From Lama guanicoe (Eukaryota): DNA of 64,000 nt. The stretch covers positions 12,662,879 through 12,726,878 of the forward strand of contig MU053881.1 of NCBI GenBank assembly GCA_013239625.1, read 5' to 3'. A program made the position numbers and the translations under genes. Positions 23,062-37,093 of this stretch are shown in pieces (positions within the stretch are counted from its first letter, which is position 1; every line of letters begins with the position of its first letter). The notes beneath the pieces were generated by a model. That model did no database searches, was not told where the DNA came from, and saw nothing but the letters and a program-made list of their open reading frames with translations.

Positions 23062-25187
23062 ACTAACCAGCAATTTTGTTGAATTGTTGAATCCCCACCC
23101 CCGTTCCACCCCCAGGTAGGGGCTTGTGTTTCACTGGGGCTTTGCCTCCCTGCCTTCTCAGAGAGAAGCTGATCCAGTTCAGCTGCTTGTCACATAGATT
23201 GATGTTATGTAACTCCCCCTGTGTGATACCAGATTTACTTTCAGATCATCAGTGAGTTAACTGAACAAATGGCAGAGATCGTGCCAAAATCTGAGGACTT
23301 GTCCTCTGACCTTGCAAGTTAGTTTTAAGTGTAATTTCATTTAAATGGTGCAAAAGCTTTTAAATAAATAGAATTTGGCAGATAAATGGTATTTGGGGAG
23401 GATAAGAAAGGAAACTATGAACGAGCCAGGTGAAGTGAATAATTGTTGTTTTCCTTGTAGAAGTAGGTCATATTAATTTGTATTTTTCAAAGATTTTACT
23501 GTCTGTAGTGGTATTTACTTGTCTATTAAGATACTTATGTTTTTCCAACACGTCTTCCTTAAGGTTTATTGATCCTAGATGTATGTGAAACTTAACAGTG
23601 ATGTGACATGTAAGCAGAGGGGCCGTGGATGTGGTCACATGGGATAATAACATATTCCTCCTACAGATGACATTTCAGTTGTTAATTGCCGAGTGCATTG
23701 GAATGTTTTTGTGAACCTCATACTTAAGAGGTTCTTGTTTTATACCCTTGAAGTTTTTCAGTTCAGAAAAAGGTTAAAGATGTATTCCCTGACAAAAGAG
23801 ATTGAGCTATCTTCAGGTTTGCTCTGTACTGTGCACTAAATTTAAATACTCCTATTATAATAAGTTAGTTGGGAAGAGCCCTGCTCTCTTAAATCTCTGA
23901 TGCCAAGACTTAAGTCTGTTTTTGAGAATGTTGTCTGCTTCCCGCATGTCAATTGTTGCTAATCTTACTCAGCATCCCACATAAGCAGGCTTTCTACAAA
24001 TTCTAACTGTTCAATCATCTCTTCCCTCCTTTATAAAATGTGCTAACAGACCATGAAATGGAGGTGGGCTCCATGTGCTCTTGCTTTGACTGTAAAGGAA
24101 GTTAAATATAAAAACCCAGGAAGTGTCTGAATACACCCTCCCTTCAGTGTGACCCTCCCTTAGTATATTTCCCTTGAGGTTGGCAGAGAAATGTGAATAC
24201 ACTATTTTTTTTAACTAATCCAATTTCAAGTTAAAATTTCAAGTCTTAAAATGTTCCTCTACCCATCTACCGGGTGCCCTAGATTATAGAGGAATGCAGA
24301 GAGAGGGAAAAAAATCTTGACGGAATCATTTGCTATCTTGTGATATTTTGTGTCATATTGCTGCTAGTCTTACCAGAAATGAACATATGTTAATTCACAT
24401 ATCTAGATCTAAGAAGAGGGTATGAAATGGGACCAGCTAAACTAGGCTGAATTCATCTACAGATAACGTTGAACTTTGAAAAACATCTGGATTTTGAAAT
24501 ACTGGTGCAAATATGTGCTTTCCGAGGGTCTCTCATTAGGTATGAAGAAAAAAGTTGTACTTTAAAAAAAATATATTATTTTCTGATTCTACCAGAGAGT
24601 AGAATTCATTCTCCTAGTCTAACTCAAATTTGGGAATTTGGCCCTAAAATGTAGCCCAGTTTGTGAACTTGAGCTTTCCTGGCTTTTTGAAATACAGATA
24701 AATAGAGACACTTGAATTTGTGAACTCCTGACTGTATGCTATGCCTCCTCTCTTTTCTTCACATTTGAGAATTTGGTGTAATCAGTTGAGACACTGGTTC
24801 CATAAAGCCTCTGTTAAAGTGAACATTATTTTGCACGGAGGCCTGAAACACTGACATCTGGCAGTCCTTTATACTTGTAGGAGAAACCTGGTTTTAATGG
24901 AGTACTGAGAAAAGTCTCAACATTTGGGAACTTTCAGAAAAGGAAGGAAAACTGCTGGCTGTCCAGGGCAGGGTGGTGGCCTGGGTACCTTCGGCACAGG
25001 CAGAGGGAAGGCATCCAGCTCAGAGAGAGGAGAGCTGCCCCAGATGCCGCTTATTTTAGTTCTTCCAAGGGCTGCCCACACAGAGTTTTCAGTCAGTGAC
25101 TCACCAAATTTCATTCTCCTAAACGGATGCTGTTTTCTCTGTCTTAAGAAGGTCAACAGTATTTTCCACCAGAGAATATATTTCTGG

Positions 25188-25692
25188 TCAGTAGACATTC
25201 TTAAGCATTTTTTGGGCCATGGACCTTCTGTGGCACATGGTAAAAACCTTTGGACCCCTTTTTTGAGTGATATTTTTAAAGGTATAAAATCAAATACCAA
25301 AGATTAAGCGGAAACTATCATGTTTCTCAAAATATAAAAACAAACTTGTGACATAGTAATAGACATACTTGTTGAACACGTTTGGCAATAGGATCTGTTA
25401 TTATCCAGTTGTTACCAGAATTTTGACGTCATGGTGAACACAAATGCTATTTTGAACTATTTGCAACGATGGTAATGTAATAGGAAAATATCTTGATTTC
25501 TCCTGATAGAGCAGCAGATTCTACTAACAGTACTGCAGTTTGTTGCCTACATTCATAACTGAAGGAAAAGCTAAATGAGGTGCAGGTTGGTGGGAAACAA
25601 AGCATATAATTTTATTCATCTGTGTTTGTGGGCCTCCTGAGTTTAACCCGTGGTCTCCTTCACGGCCTGTGTTCTCCAGGTTAGACATTCTT
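25188..25692. mobile_element. hAT-Charlie element, MER119-like
   Basis: gccatggacc..ggacccctt; gtttgttgcctacattcataactgaaggaaaagctaaat; end ccaggttagacattcttg. Confidence 0.75.
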
Positions 25693-25715
25693 GCTACATA
25701 GATTAAGACAAGATA

Positions 25716-25799
25716 GTATAACTGAAAAATTGTGCTCTACACTGGAATTTGACACAACATTGTAAAATGACTGTAATTCAATAAAAAATGTTGAAAAAA
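25716..25799 (+). mobile_element. Extremely truncated young camelid L1 3' tip
   Basis: ctggaatttgacacaacattgtaaaatgactgtaattcaataaaaaatg; perfect 11-bp TSD AAGACAAGATA at 25705-25715 and 25800-25810. Confidence 0.85.
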
Positions 25800-26630
25800 A
25801 AGACAAGATAAATCAGATTTCTTTGTACATGAAGATTGTTGTTGATTCATTTCTCATGGCATAAGTTATGACAACTGAAAATTTATCCTTGAAATGATAT
25901 TTTTTATAGGGATATTGGGACTAAATTTTATTCTTTTTGCTTTTTTTTATTATTATTAAACAAAGTGTTCCCTTGGCACACTCATCTCCATTAAATGTGC
26001 GTGATAAAATCCTTATGGTGTTTGTATGCTCTGACATTGCTGGGGAAGGGTGTCTATAAAAATAATGTTGTTAGACTAAAAAGCCAAATAAAAGGATCTG
26101 GAAAATCAGAAATAACAGATTTCCATGGGAATGGGGCTTTTTTTTTTTTTAAGAATAGATTAATCAATAGCATTTTACCTTAGGATATTGTTAATCTCTC
26201 TCTGTCAGGACCAAAACAGCAAGCACTTTCAAATTGATCATAGGGTGGAAATTGGCACCAAGCTCCTTGGTGTCTTTCTGAGCATGCTACACAACTCATT
26301 TCATGAGTAATGAAAATAATGATGGTAATGACAACCGTGAGCTGCCATTCCAGTGCAGGGGAGAAGAAACCAAAGCGGAGAAAACAATCCTTGTATCTAG
26401 TACTATGTTAAAGTTCTTGGAATTTGAGTTTCTATAGTTAAGTAAAGCTATCTTCAGTAGCAAACCAGGTATAACATTCTTGGTTTCCAAGTCATGTTTT
26501 GTTTCTGTTTTCTGAAAACTTGCATTTCCAAGGAACACAGTGAGAAGAAGCCAAAGGAAGTTATAATGAAATAGTTAAATGTATTGCCTATGAAGTTAAA
26601 AATTCTGTTGAATAGGGTTCCTTTCTTTTT

Positions 26631-27890
26631 TTTTTAATTGAAGTACAGTCAGTTACAATGTGTCAATTTCTGGTGAACAGTACAATGTCCCAGCCATGCA
26701 TATACATACATATATTCATTTTCATATTTTTTTCATTAAAGGTTATTGCAAGATATTGAACATAGTTCCCTGTGCTATACAGAAGAAACTTTTTAAAAAA
26801 TCTTTTATGTATAGTGGCTAACATTTGTAAATCTCAAACTCTCAAATTTATCCCTTCCCACCCCCTTTCCCTAGTAACCATAAGATTGTTTACTATGTCT
26901 GCAAGTCTGTTTCTGTTTTGTAGATGAGTTCATAGTGTCCTTTTTTTTCTTTTCTGTTTTAGATTCCACATATGAGTGATATCATATGGTATTTTTCTTT
27001 CCCTTTATGGCTTACTTCACTTAGAATGGCAATCGCTAGGTCCATCCATGTTCCTGCAGGTGGCATTATTTTCTTCCTTTTTATGGCTAAGTAGTATTCC
27101 ATTGTATAAATATACTTCAACTTCTTTATCCAGTTATCTGTTGATGGACATTTAGGTTGTTTCCATATCTTGGCTGTGGTAAGTAGTGCTTCTATGAACA
27201 GAGGGGTGTGTGTATCTTTTCAAATTAGAGCTCCCCTCTAATATATAACCAGAAGTGGGATTGCTAGATCGTATGATAAATGTATTTTCAGTCTTCTGAG
27301 GAATCTACATATTGTTTTCCATAATGGCTGCACCAAACTTCATTCCCACTAGCAGTGGAGGAGGGTTTCCTTTTCTCCACATCCTCTCCAGCATTTATTG
27401 CTTGTGGACTTTTGAATGATGGCCATTCTGACTGGTGGTGATACCTCATTGTAGTTTTTTTTTACTTTTATTTATTTATTTATTTTACATTTTTTAATTG
27501 AGTTATAGTCATTTTACAATGTTGTGTCAAATTCCAGTGTAGAGCACAATTTTTCAGTTATACATGAACATACATGCATTCATTGTCACATTCTCTTTCA
27601 CTGTGAGCTACCACAAGATCCTGTATATATTTCCCTGTGCTACACAGTACAGTCTTGTTTATCTATTCTACATTTTGAAATCCCAGTCCCTTCCCACCCA
27701 CCCACCCCCACTGTAGTTTTGATTTAGTGATATTGAGCATTTTTTCATTTGCCTATTGGTCATTTGTATGTCTGAATTGGAGAATTGCTTGTTTAGGTCT
27801 TCTGCCCATTTTTGGAATGGGTTGTTTCTTTTTTTGTTATTAATTTGTATGATCTGTTTATATAGTCCAGAAATTAAGCCTTTGTCAGTT
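26631..27890 (-). mobile_element. Camelid L1, 5'-truncated (ORF2 C-terminus + 3' UTR)
   Basis: ORF2 peptide [16 protein letters not shown]; 15-bp TSD GGTTCCTT(T/G)CTTTTT at 26616-26630 and 27891-27905. Confidence 0.92.
27459..27708 (-). mobile_element. Younger L1 3' end nested in the previous L1
   Basis: Same 3' tip as 25716-25799 in reverse; TSD CA(T/C)TGTAGTTTT at 27447-27458 and 27709-27720. Confidence 0.88.
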
Positions 27891-28111
27891 GGTTCCTTGC
27901 TTTTTATCACAGATTTGTTACGTTCCTTGAGATTATGCATTTAACATCTTCATTTTTGGTCGTCATCTTTAATATGCAATGCCTAAGTGTTTAGTAGTAT
28001 TCAGAATTTTTAAGAATGCTTACCTGATAAGAAAGAGCATTCTGATCCCTAATCAGCTGGCTTTTCTCAAATGCTTAGCTCAAAGCAGTAGTGAAAAATT
28101 AAGTGCTAGAA

Positions 28112-28238
28112 TAGGGCTGGCCATGAGAAATATAGCAGCCATTTGTAGAGTTTTATATTTCCTAGTAGACACATTAAATGAGCAAAAAAAGTGAAATTAA
28201 TCTTATGCTATATTTTATTTCATCCTATATATCCTAAG
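28112..28238. mobile_element. MER33-like hAT-Charlie fragment
   Basis: agaaatatagcagcca..ttcctagtagacacattaaa..gtgaaattaa. Confidence 0.65.
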
Positions 28239-28244
28239 AAACCA

Positions 28245-28830
28245 GAGTAGCAACCTTTCACACAAACCTGTTCATGTCTCCTTGCTTCTTGTAACCCACC
28301 CATGCCTTTCTAGTGCTCCCAGGTTAATTAAAATTCTTACCATGGTTTATCCAGCCTTCCATGCTCACTCTCTCTGTCTCCCTCTCCGCTTTCTTCCCAC
28401 GGCCAGGCCTAAGCTGCTTTCTTTCATGTCCTCCAATGCTCCGGCATCCTCTTACTTAGCCCAGGGACCTGTGTGCTGCTTCCTTCCGCTGGAGCCCTGT
28501 TCTCTTTTTGCCTAGTTAATTCCTATTAATCCTGCAGATCTCAGCACAAGACTATCATTTCCTTGTGGAATATTTCCTTGATTCCCAAATGTAGGTCAGT
28601 CATTTTTCATTGTAAGCACTCAGAGCATTTTCTTTACTTTGGATAAGTTATCTGAATTTAGAATGCTGTGTTCATTAGCATGATCATTTCATTCACATCT
28701 CTGTGCCCTGGTGGACTCTAAGGTCCATGATTGCAGGCTTCATGTCTGATAGTGTGCAGTACTGTGTCCCCAGGGAATAGTCCTTGACACATAGTAGGTA
28801 CACAATCAATATTAATTTAATGAAGGAACA
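28245..28830 (+). mobile_element. L2 3' region
   Basis: ccagggacctgtgtgctgct..cagatctcagc..gacacatagtaggtacacaatcaatatt. Confidence 0.8.
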
Positions 28831-29733
28831 AGCAAATGCATATATCAGCAAATTTAACTAATAGACATTCTTAGACATGTTTGTAATGCTCCATTTAAAA
28901 TAGGACTCTTGATATATAATTTTAAGAAGTCCCTTGACATTTTGCTAGCTATTTTATCGTCCCTATTTGTTTTCCACAGTATTTCAGTTTCACTATCATA
29001 GCGTCTCTTAGGATATTTGAACATTGTCAATAATATTGCCTAACATAGAGCATCATTAGTTACTTGGTTCACAGAACATCCCTAAGAAGGAGACATTGAT
29101 ATTTCTACTTTTGGGAAGAAAAGTTAAATTATTGGAAAGGTAGATGACTGCTCAGACTTAACGGGACAATAATAAGTATGGAAATAGATTTGGAAATGGT
29201 CGGGGGGGTGTGTATGTAGAGAGAGAGAGAAATTGAGAGTAATCAATCAAGGCTACATTTTGAAATATTGCCATTTCTGATGTCAGTTTTCAGATGTGTG
29301 GGATTTTAATGCCTTTTCAATGCTACGGTTGCCTTTAAAAATATAGACAATATAATCTTAACTAATTCTCAATTATAGCAGAATGTTTTTACCCTAGAGA
29401 AAGGAGGAAACTCATAGGAAAACCATCTAAGGGTAATTTTAACTGTGATTACCAAGGATACCTTTCAGAGACATTATATCCTGGGGTCACAATAGCATAT
29501 ATGCTGATCATCAATTCTTTTCTAAAATTCTGACCAGTGAAAACTAATGTCCAAATGGTGCCTTAATCCAGAGAAATCCTTTATTAGAGAAATAATAAAT
29601 CATGTCTGGTAAGCATTGTGAAGTAAGAATTAAGACCTCTCCCTTTTAGAAGAATTTTCATCAGAAAGTTAAAAGTGTTTAAAACTGTTCATGGTAAGTT
29701 TTATAGTTAGTAGTAAAATATACTTACCTAGGC

Positions 29734-29922
29734 CCATGATTTTCAGTGTGATACCTGACCAGGAACGTAGCCATCAGTCTGGGACTTCTTAGAAATGCTA
29801 ATTCTTCAGCCACAACCCAAATCCACAGAATCAGAAATTCTCAGGGTAAGGCTCAGGAATTTGTGTTTTAATAAGTTTCCTATTATGTGATTCTGATGCA
29901 CTTTAATATTTAAGAACAGCTG
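29734..29922. mobile_element. MER5A hAT-Charlie element
   Basis: ttagaaatgctaattctt..gaatcagaaattctcagggtaaggctcaggaatttgtgttttaataag..gtgattctgatgcac. Confidence 0.85.
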
Positions 29923-30174
29923 AACTAGACGATTATATTTAAGGTAAATGCTTAGTGAGTGCCGAAACGTCATTGAATCACGCTATAACAAAGAGAAAGC
30001 TGTAAATATTAGAAGACTTCTGTTCTTTAAAAGACAAAAGTATACCGAATTTATTTCAAAATTCCTCTCTAAAATTTCTATTTCAGGTGCCGAGTTCTCA
30101 AACTTTTTTTTTTTTAACAAGAGTAAGCGTTTTTTACTGTAGGAAATATTTGGAACATGCATAATTAGTGATAG

Positions 30175-30335
30175 CAAATTGGCAAATTTGTTGGCAGATA
30201 AATTCTCTGCAAAGAGATGCCCACATTTGTAGCATTTCCTAATTTCTGTGGTGTATATTCTCCCAGCATGACCAGTTTCTAGCTTCTAACATAATGTAAC
30301 TGAAAATAGAGTTGGGGAGAAACACTCAGAATAGG
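30175..30335. mobile_element. MER63-like hAT-Blackjack fragment
   Basis: atttgtagcatttcctaatttctgtggtgtatattctcccagcatgacc..gagttgggg. Confidence 0.7.
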
Positions 30336-31190
30336 TGTTCTATTTTTTTGGACAGAGGAGGAGACTCTTTAGAAAGGTCTGTCGTTCCCAATCCTCACTT
30401 TTTAGAACGTTTCTTTTCACTTCATATTCTTTTCTGCCTTGTTAAAAAGAAGTCACACAGATACTTAGATTCTTCGCATTAAGAATTCTTATATAAGAAT
30501 AACGTCTTGGTTTTTTTAAATGGGCTACCAGGCACTTGATTACAGTATCCTTTATCATAAGTGACGTGCTGAATTCTCAATGATATATGCATGCAGAAAT
30601 GTCCTTTGCAGTGGGAAGCATTTGGAACATACATAATCTAGGTCAGATTTTAGTTGGATAGCCCAGTTAATTCTATTTTACCGAAGGACTCTTTGGTAAA
30701 CAGAGTTAAGTCCTCAATAATTTCATATTATAACAAAACCAAAAACTTTTGGGTAATTAAGAATCATCATTTCAATTATTTAAGATATTATTGCACATAC
30801 TTATAATTGAAAATGGTGCCAGTGAGTGAAAACAAACATTGAAAGTGAAGGCATTTTTTTTAAGAGCTGGCAAGAAACTAATCTGGCGTGTTGCTTTTGG
30901 TGATGAGGACTCATTAAACAAATCTGGCTGGTTATTATTTCTAGTGTCTGTTTCTGTCCTTGATTTCAAAATATTTCAATTTCCCTTTGAGTCTTTCTGC
31001 TCTTTTTCTCTTTTTAAATTCTATACTCCTGCCAGATTAATGTTAGTAAAAGTCTGTTTTGAATCTGTTGCTCCTGTGTGCAGAAAGTTTCATTTAAATC
31101 CCCCGCTGCCTGCAATATAAAGCCTAATCCTTTAGCTTAGTACTCAAACTGACTATTTGGCCCCTTCCTAACTTTTCATCTTAGTTTTCT

Positions 31191-32223
31191 TTTTTTTTTT
31201 TAATTGAAATGTAGTCAGTTACAGTGTGTCAATTTCTGATGTACAGCATATACATGCATATGTTCATTTTCATTAAAGGTTATTACAAGATATTGAATAT
31301 AGTTCCCTGAGCTATATAGAAGAAACTTGTTTTTTTAAAAATCTATATTTACATATAGTGGTTAATATTTGTGAATCTCAAACTTGCAAATTTATCCCTT
31401 CCCACCCCCTCCCCCCCAGTAACCATAAGATTGTTTCCTCTGTCTGCAAGTCTGTTTCTGGTTTTTAGATGAGTTCATTAGTGTCCTCTTTTTTTCTTTC
31501 TTTTAGATTCCACATATGAGTGATATCATATGGTATTTGTCTTTCTATTTCTGGATTCTTCATTTAGAATGTTGATCTCTAGGTCCATCCATTGTTGCTG
31601 CAGATGGCATTATTTTCTTCTTTTTTATGGCTGAGTAGTATTCCATTGTGTAAATATACCACAACTTAATTATCCAGTCATCTGTTGATGGACATTTAGG
31701 TTGTTTCCATGTCTTGGCTATTGTATATAGTGCTTCTGTGAACATTGGGGTGCATGTATCTTTTTGAATTAGAGTTCCCTCTGGATATATGCCCATGAGT
31801 GGGATTGCTGGATCATATGGTAAGTCTATTTTTAGTCTTTTGAGGAATCTCCATACTGTTTTCCATAATGGCTATACCAAACTACATTCCCACCAGCAGT
31901 GTAGGAGGGTTCCCTTTTCTCCACATCCTCTCCAGCATTTATCATTTGTAAACAATGTCCATTCTGACTCATTGTAGTTTTGATTTACATTTCTCTGAGA
32001 ATTAGTGATATTGAGCATTTTTTCATGTGCCTGTTGGCCATTTGTAAGTCTTCATTGGAGAATTGCTTGTTTAGGTCTTCTGCCCATTTTTGGATTGGAT
32101 TATTTGGTTTTTTTGTTATTAAGTTGTATGAGCTGTTTATATATTCTGGAAATTAAACCTTTGTCAGTCACATCATTTGCAAATATTTTCTCTCATTCCA
32201 TAGGCTGTCGGTTTGTTTTGCTC
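31191..32223 (-). mobile_element. Camelid L1, 5'-truncated, inserted into an L2 remnant
   Basis: ORF2 C-terminal peptide [58 protein letters not shown]; perfect 14-bp TSD CATCTTAGTTTTCT at 31177-31190 and 32224-32237. Confidence 0.95.
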
Positions 32224-32429
32224 CATCTTAGTTTTCTAATACTGCTTTACATGCACTCAGGCACTTTACCATCTCTGCAATATCACATTCTTGCTGACAC
32301 TTTCAGTATGTTCTCTCTGCCTGTGATATTCCTCCTCTTTCTCATAACTGGAAATACTATGTATACTTTTTGACCTAGTGCACATCTCCTATTCTCTCCA
32401 AAATTTTGTCATCCTTCCCACTGTTACGG

Positions 32430-32640
32430 GCGAGCAGTGGGATGTAGTTGTTGGAGTCACCGCCTGAGTCTGAACATTTAGCAGCTACATTACCTTGTGC
32501 ATATCACCCCACAGCTCTCAGCATGTCCCTATCTGTACAGTGGGTTTGATAGGAACTGTTTTATGGAATTGCCTGTCAAGGCTTAAATGAGAGAAGACCT
32601 GTGAAGCATTTAGCAAAGTACCTGGAAAGAAATATTAACT
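32430..32640 (+). mobile_element. MIR SINE
   Basis: tatctgtacagtggg..ttaaatgagagaagacctgtgaagcatttagcaaagtacctgg. Confidence 0.7.
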
Positions 32641-32679
32641 GAGACTTATTTTCTTTTCTGAACTCAAAAAGCTGTATCT

Positions 32680-32855
32680 GAGCACTTGTCTGGTCCTTAT
32701 GTGCTTTCTTGTATTGCAGCTTTTCTGTACATACTACTGTATTCCCAATATATTTTAAGAACCTCGGCCATGGCGGCCAGGTCCTCTTCCATCTCTGTAG
32801 GATGTAACATATGCCTTGCATATAGTAGGTGCTGACAAGATAACCAATGAATCAG
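32680..32855 (+). mobile_element. L2 3' end
   Basis: tgccttgcatatagtaggtgctgacaagata..atgaat. Confidence 0.55.
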
Positions 32856-33449
32856 TAAAAAGGAAGAGGGTAAGAAAACTCAGTTAGGTACTAGGAAAAT
32901 AGGGTCCTGGTCTCAGCTCTGCTTACATCTTGTAATATTATATTAGCTAATTAATTTTTGAGCTTCTATGTCTTCATTCCAAACAGAGGTAGAACTACTA
33001 GATAATCTCCATGGCTCTTTTCAGCACCAGTGTGTAATTAACTGGGATATGGTTTAAGCCCACGAATGTAAATATAGACCATTTTTAATGACTATTTTTT
33101 AATCCCTCTATTGGAAACGTTGTTTTATTCTATTTTGTTTTTAAGCCCCCAGATGCTTAGAATTGAGATCATCAGGCTTCTCAGTCCATGACACATAGTT
33201 ATCCTCAGTCTGTCGGAAAATCTTTTTAGAAATTGTATTATATGACTCACCCTTCAATTTATAAACTCTTTGTGGATTAAAGATTTAAACATAAAAATAA
33301 AATTGTAAAACGAACAGAAGAAAACATAAGGGAACTTTGTGACCTTGGGTGGAATATATTTTTGACACACAAAGGAAAAATCCTAAAGGGAAAAATGTTG
33401 GATTTAACTGTATCACTACTCTATATATTACTTTTCCCCCCAGGCGACG

Positions 33450-33690
33450 CGAAAGTATTTAGACTTAACATGCCCCAAACTACCCTGAATTCTACCCAGT
33501 TGTTCATACAAACAAAACAATGACAAAACAAAAACAAGTTGTCCTTGTTATTTGTTTCATTTTCACCCTCAATATCCAATCATTCAAAAGGTCCTGTTTC
33601 TGCAGTCAGAAGTGTCTCCTGCGTCTTTCCATTTCTAACCATCTCTGCGGATACACTAGTCGAGGCTACCATCATCTCTCTTTTGTATTA
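33450..33690 (+). mobile_element. L2 fragment (preceded by an old L1 fragment at about 33240-33410)
   Basis: agacttaacatgccccaaact..atccaatcattc..ggctaccatcatctct. Confidence 0.6.
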
Positions 33691-34949
33691 TATTTTAATT
33701 TTTTTCTTTCAACTGTTTCTGAGTTTTGATTTAGTCTTACCCCTTTTGAGCTTATTTATTTACTTAGCTTAAGCTAGTCTGACATGTGTTTTGCTACTTG
33801 CAATCAGAATAGTTCCTAAAAGAATCAGACTTTTGAAAAGTAGCATCTACATTTTTAACAGCTGGAATGAATTTTAGAGTGGATTTCTGATCCAACCCAC
33901 TCACTTCATGGAAAATTTCTTAGTAGCTCTGATGGCTTTGGGACTTGCTTAAAAAAACAGTCACATAAAATGTAGATTTCCTCAAAGTAAGTGCTTTATT
34001 TTTCTCTCTCAACAACAGCCTATCAGGTTTTTTTTTCCCTTTCTTTCTCAGCAAGGACCAGTATTATCCAATGTACAAATTTTTGTAGTATCAGTCCAGT
34101 TTTTATAATTTTAATAGTTTTAGTGGACTGTGAGCCAAAAGCAGGAAAATGCTCTCCATATGCTCTATAAGAAATGAGCTAGTGATTTCATTTCCTCATT
34201 GTATCAAATTAATTAGACTATCTAATGAAACTTAATTTTTTCTGATCCATGTTTTAAAAGAATTATTCTTTCATTAAATGTTAACATTAAGAAGAAAACT
34301 AAGGAGTGTAGACCTATAATAGTTGAACTGCTTTCAAAATATGGAATATCTGCACATTTGGAAATGTCTAGGAGATTCAACTTCGTTTCCACTTCATTGT
34401 GTACAGCCCGAAATATTAATTCACCCTACATTGCTCCAAAGCATCATCAAAAATAAAAAAACAAAACACACAATATTTCTGTAGAATTGCCATCTACGTG
34501 GAAATTTTTGAATGGTATTTTAAATGTCTACAGCTATTGGAAGATGCCATTTCTGCCTCATCTGGTGTACATTATTTTTAGTTTATTTAGTCATAGAGAA
34601 GATTTTTTTTTCCTTTATGAAAGAAAGCAGCTGGGAAACCGTTTTTGTGCAAAATTCTGAGATACTTGAACTTCTCAAAAGATTATTTAGAAAAATTCTT
34701 GAAATTGTTTAGATTTCTCTAATTATTAGTGTTTTTTAAAAAGAAAGCCATCCAGGGTCCAACATTACTTTCATCATTCACTTTATAGTACACATTATTC
34801 AGTGTAGGTCACTTATTTAATGTGGATCACTCCTCTTGCCTCCTTAATATGGTGCTTAACTTTTTCCACATCTGTTTGCATTTTATTTTCAATTAATCAT
34901 ATATTCTTAAAGTAAGGAATCATTGTTGATAATGCTTCCAGAAAAACAC

Positions 34950-35135
34950 TCTGCACCTGTAGTCAGAAATCCCAGGTCAAGTCCCAATTCTGTCATTTTC
35001 TACAGGAACTTGGGCAAGTAACAACCTCCCTTGGGTCTGTTTTCCAGAGAGGTTCTTTACCATATTATTATGCAGGTTAAATGAAATGTAGTGAAAGATG
35101 CTTTACAAGGCACAGAGAACTGTAGAGATGTAAAT
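34950..35135 (+). mobile_element. MIR SINE
   Basis: agtcagaaatcccaggtcaagtccc..cttgggcaagtaacaacctc. Confidence 0.65.
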
Positions 35136-37093
35136 TGTGCTTATTTTTTTGCAAATGCCTCAACATAGTGCAAAAAATAGAAAAAGAGATCAGCTGTTTA
35201 TTAAGGAAACACAATATTTTTCAAAGATTTATGAAAGTGAGAAAGAATTGACTCTATTCTAAAGGATTCATGGAGTTCCTGAAGTACTCAGACATTATTT
35301 AAATTAATTCATTTCCCCTATCAAGTGGTCATAGAGCATGGACAAGAAGAACAGAATGTGGCTAAGTTTGGAAATACCAGATTATCTTCAGAGGATTCCA
35401 ACATCTGTTCCCAAACTCTGTGTTATTGTAAAGACTTTATTGAAATACTGGGTAACTGTCACTTCTTTCTCTTTATACAGGAATGTGATTTTAATGGGAC
35501 ATATCTGTGATCTAAACAGCCATAACACAATGTATATACAATGTCCTAAGTTTCATACATATAAAAAAATAGCTGTTTCTTCTGAGAAAGGGAATTAATT
35601 AGAAGGCAATAATTTTCTCAGGACATTTACTCAAAGGCACGAGTCATATCTATTTAAACACTTATTTATCTTCTTGATTTAAGGAACTCAGTCAAAATAA
35701 TTTCCCTCCAGATCTCAAAAGGATGTTGGCTAACTGAATTCAGAGCTCTATAATAAGGAAGTAGTTAAGTAACTAAAAGTAGTTAAGTAACAACTAAAAA
35801 AAAAAAGAAGCTAAGATTATTATTCTACTATAGTGAATAATAGTCATGTTAACCAATGAAAATAATTGGAAATTATTTCAACTTCAGAAACCAACTCATT
35901 TTAGAACCTAGATAAGGCACATAGAAATAATACACTTAGCAAATCTGGCTTCCTGTCCTGTTCCCATAATGCATTTATAATCTATACCTCCCACTTGTTA
36001 GGTAATGTTACCACTTTGCTTTGAGACTTTTTATAAACTAAACCATACTATCCCAGGGAGAAGTGTGAAAAGAATTCACCACATTACTTCTATGTACAAC
36101 CAAATTTATTAAAAGAAAAACACATAGGAGGATAGCATATATTTCCTAATATAGAGATGAAATATTTTCTTGTAATCTAAACAGATTCAAATTATGTAAA
36201 ACAATCAAAATTACTTATTAATGTCATATTATGGAACAATCTAAACACTGCATGCAAAATACAACCTTCTCTAGTGTATGACTCACTAATACTTGAGAGC
36301 TTAGTCAGTCAAAACTTGATTTGATTCTATGCTGGTTGCAGAACCTGAAAGTAAATAATTAGATGTGCCTTATCTCACTAAGCCAGTGGGAGAGGTTCAT
36401 TATGAATCCAGGAACAAATTAATGGTCCTGTGGTCATGCATCAAAAAGAAGAGCTGAGATTGTATTCAGACCCTCAGAAAATTTAGTCATCCATCTTTGG
36501 AATTTCAGCAGTGGTGAGTGAAAGGGCTGAAAATTCATTTAGAGCTATAATTATTTTTAAAGAAATTCTTTTTCTGTATTATCAAGCTAATTTACTGCAG
36601 GGTGAGTGAAAATGTATGAAAATCTATCAGATTAGATATTCAAGCTTGCTTTAAGATCTTGACACTGATGTAGATTTCATTGTGGGCAACTTTTTTACTT
36701 AGTAGTCAAAGAATTTGCCGTATACATTGTCCAACTCTTTTCCCCTCTTCCAATTTCTAATGGCTTCTGCTAATTTTCTGTTTGTTGGAATGTGTAATGT
36801 TGAGCAAAAGAAGGATAAAAATGGTCTACTTTACTGATAGCCATGGGTAAAAAGTCTGCTAGTAAATGTGTAAGTTATTGATATAAATGAGTGTTCAACC
36901 ATGTATTATTTGCTTTGATTTCTTTCTATTCATCATACATTGAGAGACAGCACTTCTATTGAAACCATGTTTCTCAGATCAATACAAGTTATTGTCAGTT
37001 ATTCAGTTGGTCATTCATTCATTCAGCAAATATTTATTGGGTCTAAATTCTGCACTATATTCTCTTCTGTTTATTGGAGTTAAAAGAGAGAAA

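Noticed and set aside
24917..25307. Two overlapping 127-aa ORFs on opposite strands
   Set aside because: No recognisable homology; they run into a MER119-like repeat and have no convincing exon boundaries.
35759..35800. Short tandem duplications (AAGTAGTTAAGTAACTAA here; also GGCCAAAATC near 38490, TGTTCAGTGTCTCAGTG near 60520, TTCCATATT near 1650)
   Set aside because: Ordinary slippage duplications with no further structure.
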